From: an uncultured delta proteobacterium
GTDB taxonomy: Bacteria > Myxococcota > UBA727 > VGSZ01
DNA: 64,000 bases
Assembly: GCA_963775425.1 (NCBI GenBank)
Contig: CAVZJB010000016.1
Location: forward strand, 672,001 to 736,000
Direction: 5' to 3'
Shown: positions 58,370 through 64,000 of the stretch, piece after piece
How positions within the stretch are numbered: position 1 is the stretch's first letter
Layout of the letters: each line of letters opens with the position of its first letter
Notes under the pieces: generated by a model
Seen by the model: only the letters and a program-made list of their open reading frames with translations
What the model was told of the DNA's origin: nothing
The model's database searches: none
Position numbers and translations under genes: made by a program

Positions 58370-59293
58370 TCACGCCATCTCGGGCGCGAGGTGCCGCGCC
58401 ACTTCGAGGACCACCTCGGCGGGGATGCCGCCCTTGTGGGCCGCGTCGAGGAACTCCGGCGGCGGCGCGGCCGCGAAGCGCACCGGCGCTCCGCCCGGGT
58501 GAAAGAGGGCGAGCGACAGCGCGTGCAGGCCGATGTGGGCCGCGCGCCCGCCGCCGTAGTGCCGGTCGCCGACGAGCGGGTGGCCGGCCTCGGCGAGGTG
58601 GACGCGGAGCTGGTGGGTGCGGCCGGTGCGCGGGGCGCACAGGGCGAGCGCCGCGGTGGTCCCCCGCGCGAGGACGGTGGCGAGGGTGACGGCGGGGACG
58701 CCGTCGGCGTCGACGCGGATGCGGCCCTCGCCGTCGCGGGCGCGCGTCAGGGGCCAGTCGAGGCGGGCGCGCGTCCACTCCGGCTGGCCGGCGACGAGGG
58801 CGAGGTAGCGCCGCTCGGCCGTGCCCTCGACGAGCTGGCGGCCGACGCTGTGGGCGGCGTCGGAGCTGCGGGCGAAGATCACGACGCCGGTGGTGTGGGT
58901 GTCGAGGCGGTGGGCGGCGTGGAGGAAGGCGGTGTCCTCGCCGAGCGCCTTGAGCGCGTCCTCGAGCCCCTTTTTGAGCGTGCCCCGGCTGCCCTCGCGG
59001 GTGGGCTCGGTGGGGACGCCCGCGGCCTTGTCGACGACGACGACGGCGCCGTCGCACGCGAGGATGCGCGGCGCGGGGGCGGGGCGCGAGGACCCGGGGG
59101 CGTCCACGGAGGCGTCGATGCGCGCGCCGGCGCGGACGGCGCGGGAGCACACCTGCACGCGCTTGCCGTCGACGAAGACGCTGCCGTCCTCCACCAGGCG
59201 GCGCGCCTGGCGCCGCGAGATCTGCGGCAGGAGCCTGGCGACGACGACGTCGAGGCGCTGGCCGGCGAGCTCTTCGGGGACCACCACGCGCAT
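58370..59293 (-). CDS. RluA/RluD-family pseudouridine synthase with S4 domain
   Basis: QRLD.V, DKAAG, HRLDTHTTG, TGRTHQLRVHLA..GHPLVGD..YG. Confidence 0.95.
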   Translation of the reverse strand: MRVVVPEELAGQRLDVVVARLLPQISRRQARRLVEDGSVFVDGKRVQVCSRAVRAGARIDASVDAPGSSRPAPAPRILACDGAVVVVDKAAGVPTEPTREGSRGTLKKGLEDALKALGEDTAFLHAAHRLDTHTTGVVIFARSSDAAHSVGRQLVEGTAERRYLALVAGQPEWTRARLDWPLTRARDGEGRIRVDADGVPAVTLATVLARGTTAALALCAPRTGRTHQLRVHLAEAGHPLVGDRHYGGGRAAHIGLHALSLALFHPGGAPVRFAAAPPPEFLDAAHKGGIPAEVVLEVARHLAPEMA

Positions 59294-59429
59294 GTCGTTG
59301 CTCTTCTAGCATCCCTCGGGCTGCACCGGCCTGCCCCGGCATCCGGCGCGGTCGATCCCGTTTGGGGCGGGAAGCTTGCAGCTTTTCATGGCCGGTCTTT
59401 AGGATGTGCGCCGTTTCAACCGAGGTCTC

Positions 59430-59888
59430 ATGGCCAAGAAGCCGAATCCCGCAACCGACGCCCCAGACAAGCCCCCCGCCGAGCCGACCGTTCCGGCGAC
59501 GGCACCACCGGTGGAGGGCAAGGTCGCGCATCCGACGGAAAAGACCACGCGCCACCTGCGCGCGCCCATCGAAATCCGTGTGGAGATCACGGCGCGCAAC
59601 CAGAGCTTCACGACGACGTCACGCAACATCGCCCTCGGCGGCATCAGCTTCGAGTCCAACCAGGAGTTCCGCGTCGGCGATCTCGTCAACGTGCTGCTCT
59701 ACATCCCGGTGAAGAAGGAGCTCGACCTGTTGAAGGTCGCCTCCGAGGTCGTCTGGGTGGAGGACCTGAACGGCTCGTTCATGGCGGGCGCCGCGTTCCG
59801 CAAGTTCGCCCCGGGCGACGAGCGCCGGCTGCGCGCGTGGCTCATCGAGTCCGTGCGCGCGCAGAAGGCCGGCCGGCCGCTGGCTTGA
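59430..59888 (+). CDS. PilZ domain protein
   Basis: RHLRAP (degenerate RxxxR) and NIALGG; C-terminal EVVWV...G..F. Confidence 0.8.
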   Translation: MAKKPNPATDAPDKPPAEPTVPATAPPVEGKVAHPTEKTTRHLRAPIEIRVEITARNQSFTTTSRNIALGGISFESNQEFRVGDLVNVLLYIPVKKELDLLKVASEVVWVEDLNGSFMAGAAFRKFAPGDERRLRAWLIESVRAQKAGRPLA

Positions 59889-59942
59889 TCAGCGCGGCCG
59901 CTCCCTCCGGTCGCTGATCGCGGGGGACGAGCCCGCCTGCGC

Positions 59943-60773
59943 TCAAAACGGGAAGTCGGAGTAGTGAAGGACGAGCCAGGTGTCGTCCTTCTGGTGCGCG
60001 AGCAGCAGGTGGTGCTCGGTGTCGCCGTCCTCTTCGATGCCGTGATCGAGGACCTCGAGGCTCTTGTACTGGGAGGCCGGGGCGAAGGCGCGCTCGGCGG
60101 CGGTGGCGACGTTGCCGAGGCGCTTTTCGATGTCCTTGCCGACGTCGGGATCGTCGGCGTTGTCGCGCTCCTCGGAGCCGACGTCGCGGAGGGTGCCGGC
60201 GAAGTCCGCGATGGCCGCCGAGCCGCGGGTGGAGTCGAACCAGTCCGACACCTCTTTGTCGGTGAGGTCGTCGTAGCCGACGATGTCGCGCAGGATGTCC
60301 GCGCGCGACTTGCTCTTCGGATACGTCGAGACCTCGATGTACTTGCCGTAGTCGTTGATGTCCGGGATCTCGGTGCCCTTCACGGCGTCCTTGAGCTTCT
60401 GCAGCGCCGCGCCGGCGCCGGCGCCGGTGGGGGCGCGGCCGCGCAGGATGAGGAGATCGTCGACGAGGTCCGCGGGCAGCTTGCGGATGTCGGCGAGGCT
60501 GACCTTGCCGTCCTTGCCCGCGGCCGTGCTGAGGTTGGCGCGGACGTAGCGGGCGCCGCTGTCGATGACGGTGTCGGCGTTCGCCCAGTGCTTCCCGGTG
60601 TGATCGAAGTAGTTGCGCGCGTTGTCCGCGTAGGGGCCGGTCATCTCCTCGGCCTTGTGGGGCGTGAGGCGGCCGCTGTCGCCGGCGGCGTCGCGCACGG
60701 CGGCGGCGAAGCCGCGGGTCCAGGCGTTGGCGGCTTTGTCGACGGTGGGGGTGGTGCGCAAGGTCGGCATCAT
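59943..60773 (-). CDS. Hypothetical protein
   Basis: 276-aa ORF with host-like codon bias; no recognised family. Confidence 0.75.
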   Translation of the reverse strand: MMPTLRTTPTVDKAANAWTRGFAAAVRDAAGDSGRLTPHKAEEMTGPYADNARNYFDHTGKHWANADTVIDSGARYVRANLSTAAGKDGKVSLADIRKLPADLVDDLLILRGRAPTGAGAGAALQKLKDAVKGTEIPDINDYGKYIEVSTYPKSKSRADILRDIVGYDDLTDKEVSDWFDSTRGSAAIADFAGTLRDVGSEERDNADDPDVGKDIEKRLGNVATAAERAFAPASQYKSLEVLDHGIEEDGDTEHHLLLAHQKDDTWLVLHYSDFPF

Positions 60774-60836
60774 GGGCTCCGGGTATGTGGGCACATGTAG
60801 TTTCGGCACCCCCATTTCAGGGTTGCGGCCGGATCC

Positions 60837-61559
60837 TCAGCGGCTGACGACGACCCCGCGGGCGGGGACGTCCTTGCGGGTGTCGAGGCGGCTGCCGGCC
60901 ACGGGCACCAGGGCGCGATCCCCGGCGCACACCGCGGGGCCGCTGGCGAGGAGCTTCAAGGGAGCGGGCGCGACGGCGCTCACCGCCGACGGCACCGTGC
61001 GCCCGCACCCGGCGACGAGGTCCACGGCGCTGCCGGCGGCGTCGACGACGTCCTTGCCCGCGAGGACGACGGCCCACACGGCCGGGGCGTCCCGCCGGAC
61101 CACGGCGCGGCCCGGCAGGCGGACGCCGGCGCCGTAGAGCACCGCCGGCGCGGGGCTGCCGGCGGCCGGGTCGACGACCAGGCGCAGCGCGCGCGGCCCC
61201 GGCAGCGGGAGCCCCTCGCCGCCGTGGGGGAGCGCCTGCAGCGGCTCCGCCCAGTCGCCGGCGTCGTCGATGGTGATGCTGACGGCGCCGCCGCGGTCGA
61301 GCACCGTGGCGCCCCGGGGGGCGGCGGGCAGCGTCGAAAAGCCGCGGCCCTGCTGATCGTCGGCGAGCGCCCCTGCCCCGCGCGCGCTCCCGCCGGCGAC
61401 CGGCGCCGCGAGCGCCCACACCAGCGCGCGGTGGACGCCCGTGTCCTCGACGGCGATGAACACGAGCGGCGCCGTGGGCGCGTCCGGCACGAACACCACG
61501 TCGAGGCTCGGCGGCGGCGGCGGCAGCGCGAGCGCGAGGAGGAGCAGCGCGGGTGTCAC
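60837..61559 (-). CDS. Hypothetical secreted protein
   Basis: Signal-like N-terminus; directly downstream of recJ. Confidence 0.6.
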   Translation of the reverse strand: MTPALLLLALALPPPPPSLDVVFVPDAPTAPLVFIAVEDTGVHRALVWALAAPVAGGSARGAGALADDQQGRGFSTLPAAPRGATVLDRGGAVSITIDDAGDWAEPLQALPHGGEGLPLPGPRALRLVVDPAAGSPAPAVLYGAGVRLPGRAVVRRDAPAVWAVVLAGKDVVDAAGSAVDLVAGCGRTVPSAVSAVAPAPLKLLASGPAVCAGDRALVPVAGSRLDTRKDVPARGVVVSR

Positions 61560-61572
61560 GGGCGCAGGCCGT

Positions 61573-63291
61573 TCATCGCAGGTCCTTCACGCGGAGCTGG
61601 AGCGTGCGCGCGCCGCGGAACTCGTTGATCTCGGGCGTCGCCAGGAGGTCCACGGGCTGCGAGAGCTGCGGCGCCCGCTCCGCGGCGCCGAACGCGATCA
61701 TCTCGACATACCGCCCGGTCTCCACCACGGCCTTCAAGTGCCCCGTGCCCACCTCGCGCACCGCCGTGGGCTGGACGCCTTTGAAGAGAAAGACCGGCTC
61801 GGGGTTCTTGCGGCCGAAGGGCGCGGCGCGCTCGAGCGCCTGGCACAGCGGGACGTCCACCGACGCGACGTCGAGCTCGCCGTCGTAGACCATGACCTTG
61901 TGCAGGTCGTCCTCGGTGAGCACCGACGCGCCATGGGCGATGAGCGCGTCGCGAAACGCGTCGAGCCCGCCGCCCTGGGACGCGGGCTTCACGCGGACGC
62001 CGGCGGCGTGGGCGTGGCCGCCGAAGCCGTCGAGCGTCCCGGCCACGGCGCGCAGGCCGTCGTAGAGGTGGAAGCGCTCGATGCTTCGCCCCGAGCCGCG
62101 GCCGCCCTCGCCGACGACCACCGCGGGCTTGCCGAACCAATCCACCAGCCGCGACGCCACGATGCCGACGACGCCCGGGTGCCACCCCTCGTCGCCCACC
62201 ACCAGGACCGGCGCGCTCCGCAGCAGGGCGCTGTCCTCGATCTGCCGCACGGCCTCGTCGAGGATCTTCTTCTCGATGCCGCGCCGCGAGCGGTTCTCGC
62301 CGTCGAGGCGCTGCGCGAGGCGGAACACCTCGTCGTCGTCGTGCGAGCGCAGCAGCGTCACCGCCTTCATGGCGTCGCCGAGGCGGCCCGCGGCGTTCAC
62401 GCGCGGGCCGAGCTGGAAGCCGAGCGTGGAGGCGCTCGCGTCGCCAGCGTCCTCCCCGCTCACGTCGAGGAGCGCGCGCAGGCCCGGCCGCCGCCCCATG
62501 CGCAACAAGCGCAGGCCGCCCGACACGAGCACGCGGTTCTCCCCGACGAGCGGCACCACGTCGGCGACGGTGCCGAGGGCGACGAGATCGAGGGCGTCTT
62601 TGAGGTCGGGCTCCGGGCGCGACGACGAAAAGAACCCGCGCTCGCGCAGGTGGCGGCGCAGCGCCAGGCACAGGTTGAACACGACGCCGACGGCGCAGAG
62701 CATCTCGGAGCCGCGCGTGCAGTCCGGCCGGTGCGGGTTGATGACGCTGACGGCGCGCGGGAGCTCGACCGGCACCGTGTGGTGGTCGATGACGACGACG
62801 TCGAGCCCGCGCGAATTCGCGTAGAGCACCTCTTCGTGGGCGGTGACGCCGCAGTCGACGGTGACGATGAGCGAGCAGCCCTGGTCCGCGAGCCGGTCCA
62901 CGCCGGCCTTGTTGAGGCCGTAGCCCTCGAGGAGCCGGTCCGGGATGGTGGCCCGCACCGTGGCGCCGAGGGCCTCGAGCAGGTCCCACAACACGACGGT
63001 GGAGGTGACGCCGTCGACGTCGTAGTCGCCGAAGATGCCGATGGTCTCGCCCTGCGTCACCGCGCGCGCGATGCGATCGAGCGCCGCGTCCATGCCCGCG
63101 AGGCGCAGCGGCTCCGGCAGGTCCTTGAGCTGGGGGGCGAGGTAGGCCCGCGCCTTGTCCGCGTCGTCCACGCCGCGGCCGACGAGGACGCGCGCGAGCG
63201 GCGGGGGCAGGCCGGACGCCGCGGCGACGGCGCTGACGGCGGCGGCGGCGGCGTTCCTCTCCTTCCACTTCACGTTCGGGCGCATGTGCAT
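61573..63291 (-). CDS. recJ: Single-stranded DNA exonuclease RecJ
   Basis: GDYDVDGVTS, EGYGLN, TVDCG, IDHH, GTVADVVPL..ENR, GPRVNAAGRL, WHPGVVGIVASRL, FGGHAHAAG. Confidence 0.98.
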   Translation of the reverse strand: MHMRPNVKWKERNAAAAAVSAVAAASGLPPPLARVLVGRGVDDADKARAYLAPQLKDLPEPLRLAGMDAALDRIARAVTQGETIGIFGDYDVDGVTSTVVLWDLLEALGATVRATIPDRLLEGYGLNKAGVDRLADQGCSLIVTVDCGVTAHEEVLYANSRGLDVVVIDHHTVPVELPRAVSVINPHRPDCTRGSEMLCAVGVVFNLCLALRRHLRERGFFSSSRPEPDLKDALDLVALGTVADVVPLVGENRVLVSGGLRLLRMGRRPGLRALLDVSGEDAGDASASTLGFQLGPRVNAAGRLGDAMKAVTLLRSHDDDEVFRLAQRLDGENRSRRGIEKKILDEAVRQIEDSALLRSAPVLVVGDEGWHPGVVGIVASRLVDWFGKPAVVVGEGGRGSGRSIERFHLYDGLRAVAGTLDGFGGHAHAAGVRVKPASQGGGLDAFRDALIAHGASVLTEDDLHKVMVYDGELDVASVDVPLCQALERAAPFGRKNPEPVFLFKGVQPTAVREVGTGHLKAVVETGRYVEMIAFGAAERAPQLSQPVDLLATPEINEFRGARTLQLRVKDLR

Positions 63292-63394
63292 CCGTCATAA
63301 CCCCTTTTGGGAACATCCGTCCCGGCGGGTCGAAGTTTGCGCAGGAGGCGCGCGCTTTTGCGCCGCCGGCCGGATTCTGTCGGAGGATTCGCTC

Positions 63395-64000
63395 ATGCTC
63401 CCGCTTCTCCTGCTCGCACACCTCGCGTCCGCGCCGCCGCCGCCCCCGGAGGCGGCGCCCACCGACGACAGGATGCGCACGGTCATCCTCGGGCTGAAGC
63501 CCCGGCGGGGCGTCGATGACACCAAGCTCGCCGCCGCGCTCACCGACGTGCTCCAGGGCGTCTACGCCGCCGACGGGCGCCGCATCGTCATCGGCCGCGA
63601 CGACATCACACGCGTGCTCGAGCTCGAGGCCGACAAGCAATCCATGGGCTGCGACAGCGACAAGTGCCTCGCCGAGATCGGACAGGCACTGAACGCGGAG
63701 CGCATCGTCAGCGGCTCGCTCGACAAGATCGGCGACGGCTGGATGGTGACGATGGCCGAGCTCGACGGCAAGACGCTCGAGCCGATCGCCCGCGCGCAAG
63801 ACCGCGTGAAGGACGACGAAAACGCCCTCGTCGACGCCGTCACCCGGCTCGCCACCGACCTCGTGCAGCAGACGGGGGCGTCCGCCAGCGGCCGCGTCGT
63901 CGCCAACGCCGGCTCCGTCTCGATCGAGAGCGACCCGCGCGGCGCCAAAATCGTGCTCGGCGGCGCCGAGATGGGGGAGACGCCGACAAAGATCGACAAC
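63395..64000 (+). CDS. PEGA-domain protein with N-terminal CsgG/TolB-like domain (partial)
   Basis: Not in the ORF track. GGAGG SD; LELEADKQSMGCDSDKCLAEIGQAL...SGSL; ends in SIESDPRGAKIVLGG..MGETP (PEGA start). Confidence 0.8.
   Translation, partial: MLPLLLLAHLASAPPPPPEAAPTDDRMRTVILGLKPRRGVDDTKLAAALTDVLQGVYAADGRRIVIGRDDITRVLELEADKQSMGCDSDKCLAEIGQALNAERIVSGSLDKIGDGWMVTMAELDGKTLEPIARAQDRVKDDENALVDAVTRLATDLVQQTGASASGRVVANAGSVSIESDPRGAKIVLGGAEMGETPTKIDN

Overview
Very GC-rich bacterial chromosomal segment, most consistent with Myxococcota (oar-mlpA pair, MYXO-CTERM protein, PilZ/PEGA/AMIN proteins). It holds about 50 genes. Housekeeping genes: tRNA-Lys(UUU), purM-purN, folC, rpsO-pnp, rseP, rne/rng, holA, tatD, recJ, ygfZ. 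Signalling: a histidine kinase, a stand-alone receiver, a TPR-cNMP protein and a CHASE2 adenylate cyclase-Crp-class II phosphodiesterase run. There are also many envelope lipoproteins. I found no CRISPR array, prophage or integrase; the only mobile DNA is a ~780 bp decayed IS1182-like element. Most long ORFs in the track are shadow ORFs caused by high GC. At least three genes carry single-base frameshifts that look like assembly indels. Most interesting observations: (1) an apparently circularly permuted esterase lipoprotein upstream of oar-mlpA; (2) a two-gene split alpha-2-macroglobulin lacking the canonical thioester; (3) a complete cAMP make/sense/destroy module with a CRP-like box in front of the phosphodiesterase; (4) a BPI/LBP-like protein with both a lipobox and MYXO-CTERM; (5) repeated leaderless TANNNT promoters, including two 43-bp bidirectional ones; (6) an IS remnant that keeps long perfect hairpins. 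All family calls come from motif recognition by eye; no searches were run.
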